A stretch of DNA of 21,740 bases from Candidatus Hermodarchaeota archaeon (GCA_048885925.1 JBHLLG010000048.1:1-21740); one strand, 5' to 3'; shown: positions 8,384-17,963, numbered from the stretch's first letter. Notes: generated by a model not told the origin, from the letters alone. A program made the numbers and translations.

Positions 8384-9568
8384 TTATACCTTTTCTAAAT
8401 GTAATTTAATTTCATGACGATAATGGTATATTTTCTCTATAACATCACAGATTTCACGCACTAAAGACAATTCCATATGAGAATAAATTGGTAAACATAA
8501 AACACTCTCAGCAAGTTTATTAGTTACAGATAAGTCTAAACTTTTCTTTTCTATATAAGAAGAAAATGCTATTTGTTGATGAACTGCTGGTGAAAAATAT
8601 TTCCTTGTCATAACATTTTCATGATTTAGAGCCTCATATAATTGATCTCTATTAAGTTCAAATTCATTAGAATGAATTATTATGGAGAAATCTTTATAAG
8701 AACTTCTTGAATTATCTTCAATCTTTTGGAAAGTAATTCCAGGCAATCTACTTAAATGTTCTTTATAATATTCAACAATTTTTTGGCGCCTAGCTATATT
8801 AACTTCTAACATTTCTAAACTTTTTAATGCAATAATAGCATTAAATTCAGCCATTCTCCCACTTAATCCTATGAATGAGGTATTATAATTACCTGGATTA
8901 GCATAATTTCGACCTATACGAATACATTCTGCAATCTCATTATCATTCGTAGTGACCATACCCCCTTCTCCAGCTGTCAAAACTTTTGTTGGGCTCATAC
9001 TAAAAGATTCACCATCTCCAAAATTTCCAATATATTTTCCTTTATAAGTTGCGCCTGCTCCATGAGCAGAATCGAAAATTAACTTCAATCTATAGTCTTC
9101 AGAAATTTCCTCAAGCTTTTGAAGATTACAAGGATTTCCAAAAATATGAGTAGCTAAAATTGCACATGTTTTTTTATTAATTTTATCAATAATTTTTTCA
9201 GGGTTTATTGTAAATTTATTAAGATCGCAATCAACAAATATAGGTTTTAATCCTAACCAAATCAATGCTAAAGATGTTGCTGAAAATGTAAAACTAGGAG
9301 TAATTACTTCTCCATTTAATTTGAGGCATTTACCTAACAACATTAGTCCTGTCGTACAATTTGAAAGTGCTACAACATTTTCTACTTTTAAATATTCTCT
9401 TAATTTACTTTCAAATTCTTGTACATATTTGTGATTTGTAATCATTCCAGTTGATAATATCTCAGATACATTGTGTTCAATTTCGTTAAATGAAGGTAAT
9501 GTAGGTCGAATTATTGGAACTAATTTGTTAAAATAAGGTTTTCCTCCAAGAATTGCTGGTTTTTCCAT
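8384..9568 (-). CDS. DegT/DnrJ/EryC1/StrS-family PLP-dependent nucleotide-sugar aminotransferase (VioA/DesI-like)
   Basis: SNCTTGL, EVITPSFTFSAT, PIFVDC, THIFGNP, IFDSAH (PLP-binding Asp), SMSPTKVLTAGEGG (PLP lysine) and VLCLPIY. Confidence 0.93.
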   Translation of the reverse strand: MEKPAILGGKPYFNKLVPIIRPTLPSFNEIEHNVSEILSTGMITNHKYVQEFESKLREYLKVENVVALSNCTTGLMLLGKCLKLNGEVITPSFTFSATSLALIWLGLKPIFVDCDLNKFTINPEKIIDKINKKTCAILATHIFGNPCNLQKLEEISEDYRLKLIFDSAHGAGATYKGKYIGNFGDGESFSMSPTKVLTAGEGGMVTTNDNEIAECIRIGRNYANPGNYNTSFIGLSGRMAEFNAIIALKSLEMLEVNIARRQKIVEYYKEHLSRLPGITFQKIEDNSRSSYKDFSIIIHSNEFELNRDQLYEALNHENVMTRKYFSPAVHQQIAFSSYIEKKSLDLSVTNKLAESVLCLPIYSHMELSLVREICDVIEKIYHYRHEIKLHLEKV

Positions 9569-9715
9569 GACTTTTATTAAACGAATATAATTAAATATAA
9601 GATATTTAAGAAGTATTATTAATTTTCTTAAACTGATAAAGAAGTAATCGTTTTAAATCTTTTGAATGATTTCAGTAACTTTTTTATAAATTATGAATAA
9701 TATTTGAATAAATAA

Positions 9716-10630
9716 CTATATTATTTCTAAAAATAAATCTTCTAAGGATAATTCTATTTCTTTAAATCTAATTATATTATAATTTTGTAAAATTGAAAAT
9801 AGTTCTTTATAATTCTCTCTCTTTTTAATAGAGATTGTCAATAAATTATTTTTACTCTCAATATTTGTAATAAAGCTATGCTTCTCTAATTCAGACTTCA
9901 GATTTTCCTTATTTTCTAAAAGCTCAATATCTATTTTTATTTCTTGTTGTATTAGATTTTTTATATATTCCTTTGTACCAATCTTTAGAATTTCTCCTTG
10001 ATTGATAAATGCAATACGATTACAAAGCTTCTCTACTACATTCATATCATGACTCGTAAGAAGGATCGTTTTATTTACTTTCTTAATTTTATCAATTATA
10101 AATGATACTGAATTTACATCTAAACCTACAGTTGGTTCATCCAAAAATAAAATATTACGTTCTAAAAGAAGTGTTCTGCATAATGCAAGCTTCATTTTCA
10201 TTCCTGTTGAAAAATTTTCAACATATTGATTTAACCACTTCTCTAAACCGAATTCATTAGCAATTTTATTTATCTTTTCTTCATAATTAGAGATTCCATA
10301 TATTTTGCAGAAAAATTTTAAATTATCATAAGCAGTTATTCTGTAATATAACATATCACTCTCTAACATCAAACTTATTCTAGATTTTGCTTCTTTTGGT
10401 TTTTTAATTATATTATATCCATCAATAGTTGCATAACCACTGGTAGGTTTGAGTAGCGTAGTTAAAATAGAAATTAATGTAGTTTTTCCAGCACCATTTG
10501 GACCTAATAATCCAAAAATTTCTCCTTCTTTTATAGAAATATTCACATTTTTTAAAGCTGTAATCGTCTTTCCGTTTTTCAATTTGAAAATTTTTGTTAA
10601 ATCATAAGTTTCAATTATATTCTTAGTCAA
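9716..10630 (-). CDS. ABC transporter ATP-binding subunit (ABC-2/DrrA-NodI type)
   Basis: Walker A GPNGAGKTT, signature FSTGMK, Walker B ILFLDEPT, H-loop TSHDM and a C-terminal SLEDLFL. The TTG start lies 6 nt after the permease stop. Confidence 0.93.
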   Translation of the reverse strand: MTKNIIETYDLTKIFKLKNGKTITALKNVNISIKEGEIFGLLGPNGAGKTTLISILTTLLKPTSGYATIDGYNIIKKPKEAKSRISLMLESDMLYYRITAYDNLKFFCKIYGISNYEEKINKIANEFGLEKWLNQYVENFSTGMKMKLALCRTLLLERNILFLDEPTVGLDVNSVSFIIDKIKKVNKTILLTSHDMNVVEKLCNRIAFINQGEILKIGTKEYIKNLIQQEIKIDIELLENKENLKSELEKHSFITNIESKNNLLTISIKKRENYKELFSILQNYNIIRFKEIELSLEDLFLEII

Positions 10631-10636
10631 TTTTAT

Positions 10637-11470
10637 TTAGTACCCCATTATTCCATATACATTATAAATTTTGTCAAAAATGTAAATACCAATTGGAGGA
10701 ACAATTACCCCACAAGCAATTAAAATAGTGAAATGATAAGGATATGTAGCAACCGTTAAAATAGGATTATTATCAATCCAAGTCCATCTTAAAATATCAA
10801 ATAGATAATACAATGGATTTAAATTAATTAGATTTTGTATAAATCCAGGAAAAAGTTCATAGGGATATGTGATACAACTTAACCAAAAAAGTAAACCAAA
10901 ACTGAATTCTAAAAATTTCCACATATTTTCGTTTGAAGCAGAGAATATCCCAAACACTAATCCAATTCCACTAAAAATTAAAGTAATTATTATATAAATT
11001 CCGATTATAGATATTAAAGTTATAAATGAAATTGGAGCGATAAGAAAACAAAGGATAAAGAATGTGATGAAAGGAATTGATATTAATAAAATGTGAGATG
11101 TGAATATACCTAATAATATGTTATATCTATTAAATGGACCAATAATTAATGCAGGAAGAGTTTTCCAAAACTTTTCCTCTCTAATTTGATGAGGAAATTC
11201 ACTTGTAATACCTTTAATTGAATATATTTTATAAGCAATAAATTGATAAATTAGATAATTTGTAGTTGTCCAGGGTCCAAATTGATTGTTCAAAGAGAAA
11301 AATTTACTTAATATAATAATTGGCATTAAAATAGATATAATCGGTAAAAAATAAGAAATTATTAATGAAAATTTAAATCTTAGCTTTAATTTAATGTTTC
11401 TTTCTGTTAAAGCAAAAATCTGAGTTAAGTTTTTTTTAATGGTTGCCTTATTTATTCTATTAATTATCAT
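10637..11470 (-). CDS. ABC-2 type transporter permease
   Basis: 277 aa with about six hydrophobic segments, LSCITYP..LFP and the ABC-2 C-terminal motif LNPLYYLFDILR. It lies directly upstream of the ATPase. Confidence 0.88.
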   Translation of the reverse strand: MIINRINKATIKKNLTQIFALTERNIKLKLRFKFSLIISYFLPIISILMPIIILSKFFSLNNQFGPWTTTNYLIYQFIAYKIYSIKGITSEFPHQIREEKFWKTLPALIIGPFNRYNILLGIFTSHILLISIPFITFFILCFLIAPISFITLISIIGIYIIITLIFSGIGLVFGIFSASNENMWKFLEFSFGLLFWLSCITYPYELFPGFIQNLINLNPLYYLFDILRWTWIDNNPILTVATYPYHFTILIACGVIVPPIGIYIFDKIYNVYGIMGY

Positions 11471-11909
11471 ATTAATTCTATAGAAGAGATTCTCTTAATC
11501 ATCGATTCCTATGTGCTATATTTACAAAAGATTTAAAATTCTTTTATTCTGGTATTATTTTAATTTAATAAAATCTAAACTGAATGATACAAGTACTTCT
11601 TGAGAAATAAAATTTATGAATTAATATAAGATTTCTGATCTAATCCTTAAATTAAATTAAAGGATTCAATTTTTAATAAGAATTAGATTAAGTGCATCTG
11701 GTTAATTATTTATTTTGCCAAATATATAGAAATAATCTCTTTTCTATAAATTCAATAAATTAATTACGTAAAAATGATTAAAGGGTATTAAATTTCAATA
11801 ATGAAATATTTCATTTAACTTGGATTTATACTTAAATTTCAAAAAAGGTCTTAAAATTTAACTTAATTTAATAATAATCAAACCTGAGAAAAAGTAATAA
11901 TTATAAATT

Positions 11910-13172
11910 ATGCTCAAGCCAAAAATTTTTCATTTTCTCTCACATTCATTGCCAAATTTATCAGGATATTCAATTAGAACTCATGATATTCTAAAATTTC
12001 AAAAGATTTATTACCGGATTTATGCGATGACAGAACCCCTTTATATAAAAAAAAAGACTCCCGATGTCATTGATGATATATTATATTTTCGATATCCCCC
12101 AACTAATGGAGTTAATCTAATTCTCCATCCACAAATAATAAAATTGGTTAAAAAAGCAAAAATATATGATTTCTATTATAATTTCATGTTTAAAAATGCA
12201 TTTTTTTATCTAGAAAAGATTTTCAAAACATATAAACCTCACATTATCCATGTACATTCATCTTATTTCTATGGTTATTATATAAGCAAAATAGTAAAAA
12301 GATATAAAATGCCGTTTATTTTTGAAGTTCGAGGATTTATTGAAGATACACACGTAGGTTTGGGAATATTAAAAGAAGGTTCCTTGCAATATCGTAAAGG
12401 ACAAGAAATTAGGAAAAAAATAATGGAAAAAGCAGATGTTATTGTTACTTTAGGGAGTAATATGAAGAAGGAATTAGTTAAACAAGGGATAGATGACTAT
12501 AAAATAAGAATTATTCCAAATGGAGTTGATGTAAAAAAACTATGCCCAAAAAGTCCAAATTTTTCAATAAAGCAGAAATTAGGTATTAAAAATGAGAAAT
12601 TAATAGGCTATATAGGATCAATTCGAAGAATAGAAGGAATTGAAATTCTTTTAATGGCTCTAAAAATTCTTAAAGAAGAGATCAATAATATACTACTACT
12701 ATTAATTGGTTTTGGAGATCCAATTTATATTAATGAGCTTAAGGATCTTGCTAAGAAGTTTAAAATTCTTCATAAAATTAAATTTATTGGTGAGGTTCCT
12801 AATTCTGAAATCGAAAATTATTATTCTATTTTGGACATTTGTGTAATTCCAAGGTTAAATTATCGAGTAAATCAGATTGTAACACCTTTAAAACCGTTAG
12901 AAGTTATGGCTATGGAAAAAACTCTGATAGCTAGTAATCTTCCTGCATTAAGGGAGATAGTAAAACCAGGAGTTTCCGGGGATTTATTCCAAGTTGAAAA
13001 TGCAGAGGATTTAGCAAATAAAATTAAAATGTATCTTTTTGATAAAAATAAAATGAATAAATTAGGTAAAAGTGCTAGAGAATATGTTATAAATAATTTT
13101 GATTGGAGTGAAGTCATAAAAAAATATAAATCACTTTATGAGAATTTATTCGATTATAATAATAAACTATAA
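11910..13172 (+). CDS. Glycosyltransferase family 4 (GT-B)
   Basis: HSLPNLSGYSIRT, IHVHS, FEVRGF.ED, IIPNGVD, GYIGSI...EGIE, VTPLKPLEVMAM and ASNLPALREIV. Confidence 0.92.
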   Translation: MLKPKIFHFLSHSLPNLSGYSIRTHDILKFQKIYYRIYAMTEPLYIKKKTPDVIDDILYFRYPPTNGVNLILHPQIIKLVKKAKIYDFYYNFMFKNAFFYLEKIFKTYKPHIIHVHSSYFYGYYISKIVKRYKMPFIFEVRGFIEDTHVGLGILKEGSLQYRKGQEIRKKIMEKADVIVTLGSNMKKELVKQGIDDYKIRIIPNGVDVKKLCPKSPNFSIKQKLGIKNEKLIGYIGSIRRIEGIEILLMALKILKEEINNILLLLIGFGDPIYINELKDLAKKFKILHKIKFIGEVPNSEIENYYSILDICVIPRLNYRVNQIVTPLKPLEVMAMEKTLIASNLPALREIVKPGVSGDLFQVENAEDLANKIKMYLFDKNKMNKLGKSAREYVINNFDWSEVIKKYKSLYENLFDYNNKL

Positions 13173-13333
13173 TTAAATTTTGATAAATAATGATTAATTA
13201 AATTTAATTTTGGTTTTTTTAATAACCACTTAAAAGACATAAGTAAATTAGTTAATTATCAAACTGATCATCTTATTATAAATAAATTAAATAATAACTC
13301 TATATTCTTTTTCATAATACAATTTTAAAAATA

Positions 13334-14551
13334 TTGAATTATATGAATATTTTAACTGAAATTCAAGATTTGACTAAAAATTTCCTTAAGTTTGTTTTAA
13401 ATGTACACTTTATTATGATTTTTATTTTTCTTATTATAACATATCATTTTTTATTATTTTTAATAATAGAAAAGAATTATATCAAGCTTTATGAAAATCT
13501 AGAAACAATTAATCCTATTTTGTTAATTGATTTGATAGAGCTTCCAATTATAAATATAATAGTTCCTGCTTGGAAAGAGGGTGCAATATTCAAAGGATGC
13601 TTGTTAGAACTTTCTAAATTATCATATCCAAACTTAAATATTATTGTAAATGCAGGAGGTTCAAAACAAACAGTAGATATTGCTAACTCTTTCAAGGATT
13701 ATAAAAATTTCAATATAATATATCAAAAAATAGGGGAAGGAAAGTTGAAAGCTATAAATGATTGTTTAAATCTGGTTCAACCTGGAATTATATATCTTAT
13801 AGATGCAGATGTATATCTTTCAGATGAAATATTCTTGAAAATGATTTCTTTTCTGATAAATAATAATGAAAAAGTGGTAGTATCACAATTAAAACCTCAT
13901 AGATCAATTATTAAAAAGGATTTAGTAAAATATATTTGTATAAATAGGGATAACAGAATTAAATTCAAGTTATCAAAATATATTAATCGTGTGGGTCCTC
14001 ATACATGTATGAAATTTGAAGTAATTGAAGCAATTAATAAATTCTCTGAAAATCGAAATACAGATGATGGACTTTCAATAGGGATGGATTTGTCGATGAA
14101 AGGTTATAAAGTACTACTTCTAAATAACGTATATGTGGAATCTTTTAATTATCCCGATAAAATTTTTGATTATTTTCATCAGAATTTGCGATGGATAGAA
14201 AATAACTTATTTTATTATCTGAAATATAAAAAATTTAATATTATAAAATTCATAGGTTTATTCCTGTTTTCTTTTTATTTATTTTTAACACCATTTTTAC
14301 TATTTATAAATATTTACTTATTTCTTATAGGAATTAATTTCATCCTTTATCAGTATTTAAAGAAAATAAGAAAAGTTCGATTTTACAAGAAGACAATTAA
14401 AGAAAGTTCAATAACATTTACTTTTCTATTTTATTTAAAAGTGCTCTTTTATATTTATATAGATTCTTTTATGAATATTATCGTTTTTTTTGAATTATTA
14501 TTTTATAGGAAAGCTTATAAGAAGAGAAAAAATCTTCTTAAAAAGGCCTAA
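13334..14551 (+). CDS. Membrane-bound glycosyltransferase family 2 (cellulose-synthase/PgaC-like motif set)
   Basis: N-terminal TM segment, IIVPAWKE, GKLKAIN, DxD (LIDAD), TDD, QNLRW (QxxRW) and 2-3 C-terminal TM segments. The start is TTG 13334 or ATG 13343. Confidence 0.82.
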   Translation: MNYMNILTEIQDLTKNFLKFVLNVHFIMIFIFLIITYHFLLFLIIEKNYIKLYENLETINPILLIDLIELPIINIIVPAWKEGAIFKGCLLELSKLSYPNLNIIVNAGGSKQTVDIANSFKDYKNFNIIYQKIGEGKLKAINDCLNLVQPGIIYLIDADVYLSDEIFLKMISFLINNNEKVVVSQLKPHRSIIKKDLVKYICINRDNRIKFKLSKYINRVGPHTCMKFEVIEAINKFSENRNTDDGLSIGMDLSMKGYKVLLLNNVYVESFNYPDKIFDYFHQNLRWIENNLFYYLKYKKFNIIKFIGLFLFSFYLFLTPFLLFINIYLFLIGINFILYQYLKKIRKVRFYKKTIKESSITFTFLFYLKVLFYIYIDSFMNIIVFFELLFYRKAYKKRKNLLKKA

Positions 14552-14557
14552 AATTCA

Positions 14558-14565
14558 TTTTTTTT
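14558..14565 (+). terminator. Putative archaeal-type oligo(T) terminator after the GT2 gene
   Basis: A T8 run begins 7 nt after the GT2 stop codon in a convergent intergenic gap. T-runs are frequent in this AT-rich DNA, so support is weak. Confidence 0.3.
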
Positions 14566-14670
14566 CTATAGAAAGTTTTTAGATTCTGAATATTTATATC
14601 TAAATTTAACTAAATTTTAGTTCGATATTATAATTTTTAATACTATTAAATAATGGAAAAATTAAATTTA

Positions 14671-15204
14671 TTATTTCTTTAAAATAACTTCGATGCATTC
14701 AGCAGGGAATGTTCTTAAAAAAGTGCGTTCATATGCATATTGATGTCTACTAGACTTATTAATCCATCTTTCTAAGAAGTTAAAGAGAAATTTTAATAGA
14801 ATATTCTTAAATTTTTCAAGTTTAATTTGAAGTAGAATTTTTGAAAAAAGTTTAACCTTTCTACCATAAGAAAATTGTAATTGTTTGGTAAAGTAATAGA
14901 ATGTATTTGAAGAAAATAGATTTATATGTGTAGGATCTGCATAATTTGATTTAGATGTGAAATGAGGAACTCGGATTCTTAAAATTCCTCCCTTTTTTAA
15001 TGTCCTATGAAGTTCATTCATTAAGGTTACATAATTAACATGCTCTAATACATCTTTACATAAAATATAGTCAAATGAATTATCTTCAAATGGTAAAGGA
15101 ATTTTATTTAGATCATGTACAACATCAACTCCTTCACTTTTAATTATATCTAAGTTTATCCACCCTTCTCTGATATCATTTCCACATCCTACATTAAGTT
15201 TCAT
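14671..15204 (-). CDS. Class I SAM-dependent methyltransferase (Methyltransf_11)
   Basis: KLNVGCG motif I, GWINLD, VDVVHDL, LPFEDNSFD, VLEH, ELHRTLKKGG.LRIRVP and DPTH. Confidence 0.88.
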   Translation of the reverse strand: MKLNVGCGNDIREGWINLDIIKSEGVDVVHDLNKIPLPFEDNSFDYILCKDVLEHVNYVTLMNELHRTLKKGGILRIRVPHFTSKSNYADPTHINLFSSNTFYYFTKQLQFSYGRKVKLFSKILLQIKLEKFKNILLKFLFNFLERWINKSSRHQYAYERTFLRTFPAECIEVILKK

Positions 15205-15411
15205 ATCTATTCTTAAAAATAATAATTAAGTAATTATAGAATTACAATGTAATTTTAAATATTAATTTCTCTAAGATTTTCATTATTACATTATTAATAC
15301 ATAATTTGAATTAAAATTCTAGTTAAAATAATTAGGATTTTTTAAAAAAATAAAATAATAAGAAATAGTTTCATTAAGTTATTATAAATTTCATAAAATA
15401 AGTATGATAAG

Positions 15412-16680
15412 ATGAAAGTAGCGCTTTTTTATTATGATAATCCTCCCGAACAAGGAGGTGTTGGTCATGTATTAGTTTGCTTAATGAAATTATTTAATAA
15501 AACAAATCATAAAATATTTTTCTTTAACCCATATTATAAAAATGAATATACTATTAATATATTTGAAAAAAGAAAATATAATATTCGAAATTTTCTTTCT
15601 AAATTAAAAAACAAGAAATATTTTAAATTTGTTATCTTAATATTATGGAAAATATTAAAAGATAAAAAAACAAAGCTTTCTGATCGATTAAAAATTATTC
15701 TCTATTTTTTTGTTCGTCCAAATATTATATTGAACACAATTGATAATTTGATTAAAATTTATTTTAAGATTAAAAAATTAGGTATTGATATAATTCTTGC
15801 TGGTACTGCTACAGGAGATCTCTTATCTTTAGTGTTTATTTTATCAAGAATGCTAAATAAGAAAGTTGCATCATTAACTTATGGAAATGAATTCCTTGTC
15901 CATTCGCGCTTTTCATTAAGAACTTACTTCTTTAAAAATCTAGATCGCTTGATTTTGGGAACTTATACACTTAAAGATTTAATAAAGAAAATTCATCATT
16001 TAGATGAAAATAAACTAGCAGTAATATTTTATGGTTTAATTCCTGAAGATTATAAAATTAGTAAATCAAAAGAAGATTTAAGAAAAGAATTTAAAATTGC
16101 ACAAGATCAATTTGTATTATTAAGTGTTGGACGACATGTGCCAAGAAAGAGTTTTGATTTGGTAATAAAAGCCTTAAAAAAAATTAGAGAAAAGGAACCT
16201 ACAATAAAAATAAAATATTACTTAATAGGAGAAGGTGAGGAAACCCAAAAATTAAAAAACTTAACTAAAAATTTAGGTTTAGAAGAATTGGTTGAATTTA
16301 TGGGATTTACAGATACGTTAACACGTAATAAATTCTATAAACTTTCAGATTTATTCGTAATGCCTTCTATTATTCAAAAAGAATCAATTGAGGGTTTTGG
16401 AATAGTATATCTTGAAGCAAATTATTATAAAGTTCCTGTGATAGGAACCTTTTCTGGAGGGATAGTTGAGGCTGTAATAAATGGAGAGACTGGTTTTTTA
16501 ATAAGAGAAAATGATGTAAGTGATTTAGTTGAAAAAATATTATATCTTTATCATAATGAAGATATAAGAAAATTGATGGGAAGGAAAGGCTATGAAAGAG
16601 TTATTCAAAATTTTAATTGGAATCTTATAATAAATGATTATATTAAACTATTTGAAGATTTATTATTTGAAAAGAGATGA
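15412..16680 (+). CDS. Glycosyltransferase family 4 (GT-B, PimB-like)
   Basis: PPEQGGV, TYGNE, LLSVGRHVPRKSFD, FVMPS, EGFGIVYLEA (Ex7E) and SGGIVEAVINGETG. Confidence 0.93.
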   Translation: MKVALFYYDNPPEQGGVGHVLVCLMKLFNKTNHKIFFFNPYYKNEYTINIFEKRKYNIRNFLSKLKNKKYFKFVILILWKILKDKKTKLSDRLKIILYFFVRPNIILNTIDNLIKIYFKIKKLGIDIILAGTATGDLLSLVFILSRMLNKKVASLTYGNEFLVHSRFSLRTYFFKNLDRLILGTYTLKDLIKKIHHLDENKLAVIFYGLIPEDYKISKSKEDLRKEFKIAQDQFVLLSVGRHVPRKSFDLVIKALKKIREKEPTIKIKYYLIGEGEETQKLKNLTKNLGLEELVEFMGFTDTLTRNKFYKLSDLFVMPSIIQKESIEGFGIVYLEANYYKVPVIGTFSGGIVEAVINGETGFLIRENDVSDLVEKILYLYHNEDIRKLMGRKGYERVIQNFNWNLIINDYIKLFEDLLFEKR

Positions 16681-16781
16681 TCTAAACTTCTACTTATACT
16701 AAATTAAAATAATTATTTTATTTAATTAATAAGACCCATTTTTTAAAAAACTCTAATTTATAAAACAATTTAAAGAATTAT

Positions 16782-17963
16782 TTAATTATTTTCTTTCATT
16801 ATTCTTTCGAAAAATTTGGTAAATGCCTCTAATTCTCTTTCAAAAGAATAATTTTTAAAAACAAATTCTTTTGCTAATCCTTGTAACTCTCTAAATTTCT
16901 TGGGGTCAAAATTCCAAAAATCATATAATTCTTTAATTCTTTGTTTAATAGAATCAGAAGCTAATTTCCTTATAAAAAAAGCAAATTCTTTTCCTTTTAA
17001 TAATTCAACAGATCCAATCGTTTTACTACAGATAATTAAAAGTCCTGCTCCTAATGCTTCCATCAAAGCTCTTGGAAATGGCTCAACTCTAGAAGTAAAT
17101 AAAAATACATCCCCTCTTTTATAATAATCGGAAATTATTTCATTACTCACATATCCATGAAATCTTACATTTTTTGGATATTTCATTTCTAAAAGTTTTA
17201 TTTTAGATTCCAAAGGCCCCATACCACAAAATTCAAAAAAAATTTTTAAATCCTTATATTCTTTTAGAAATTCATCTACTGCTTCAACTAAAACCTTTAT
17301 TCCTTTATGAATATCATCAAGATAACCAATATAAATAAAGCTTAATACGTCCTGTGATTTAACAATTGAGGACTCATTTTTGTATTTTGTTAAATCAATT
17401 CCGTGAATAATATGAATCACTCTATTGGGGACATAAAATTTTTCCAAAAATTTCTTTGCATTTTCAGATAAAGCATGATGATAAATCCTCCTTTTATATA
17501 ATGAAAAAAGCAAAATAGAAAGCCTATATTTAAGATTATATAAAGAAAAAGCTTTTTCACTATGTAATGGTTTTCTATATCCTACAATAAATCTTCCTCG
17601 TCTATGTAATAGACTAAAAATCATAAACATTAAACTTTCTTTAAAAGTTGAGAAAGATGTATAAATTATGTCATTTTTTTTTATTAATCTATAGAACTTT
17701 ATAATCTCCAATGGATAAGGAAAAATAAATACTAAATTTGAAATATGTAGAGTTGCAAAATTCATTCGATTTTTAATTTTAACTCCATTCAATTTCTCTT
17801 CAATAAGTTTTTTGTTTAATAGTTTTTTGCCAATAAATATATTTGTATGAACTAAACTTATATTATAATATTTGTTTAATCCTGCTGCTAATTCTATAGA
17901 TGAAATCTCTCCGCCTCTACCATTTTCAAGTGCAAGGGGAGAATAAATAAGAATTTTTACCAT
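16782..17963 (-). CDS. Glycosyltransferase family 4 (GT-B)
   Basis: GRGGE, HGIDL, YIGYL...KG, CGMGPLE and FLFTSRVEPFPRALMEALGAG (Ex7E). Confidence 0.9.
   Translation of the reverse strand: MVKILIYSPLALENGRGGEISSIELAAGLNKYYNISLVHTNIFIGKKLLNKKLIEEKLNGVKIKNRMNFATLHISNLVFIFPYPLEIIKFYRLIKKNDIIYTSFSTFKESLMFMIFSLLHRRGRFIVGYRKPLHSEKAFSLYNLKYRLSILLFSLYKRRIYHHALSENAKKFLEKFYVPNRVIHIIHGIDLTKYKNESSIVKSQDVLSFIYIGYLDDIHKGIKVLVEAVDEFLKEYKDLKIFFEFCGMGPLESKIKLLEMKYPKNVRFHGYVSNEIISDYYKRGDVFLFTSRVEPFPRALMEALGAGLLIICSKTIGSVELLKGKEFAFFIRKLASDSIKQRIKELYDFWNFDPKKFRELQGLAKEFVFKNYSFERELEAFTKFFERIMKENN

Noticed and set aside
11511-11603. 30-aa small ORF (MCYIYKRFKILLFWYYFNLIKSKLNDTSTS) in the large intergenic gap
   Set aside because: No RBS or motif, its length is compatible with chance, and it overlaps the likely permease promoter region.
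12872-13117. 81-aa minus-strand ORF
   Set aside because: Antisense shadow of the GT4 gene.
13489-13695. 68-aa minus-strand ORF
   Set aside because: Antisense shadow of the GT2 gene.
16900-17124. 74-aa plus-strand ORF
   Set aside because: Antisense shadow of the GT4 gene.
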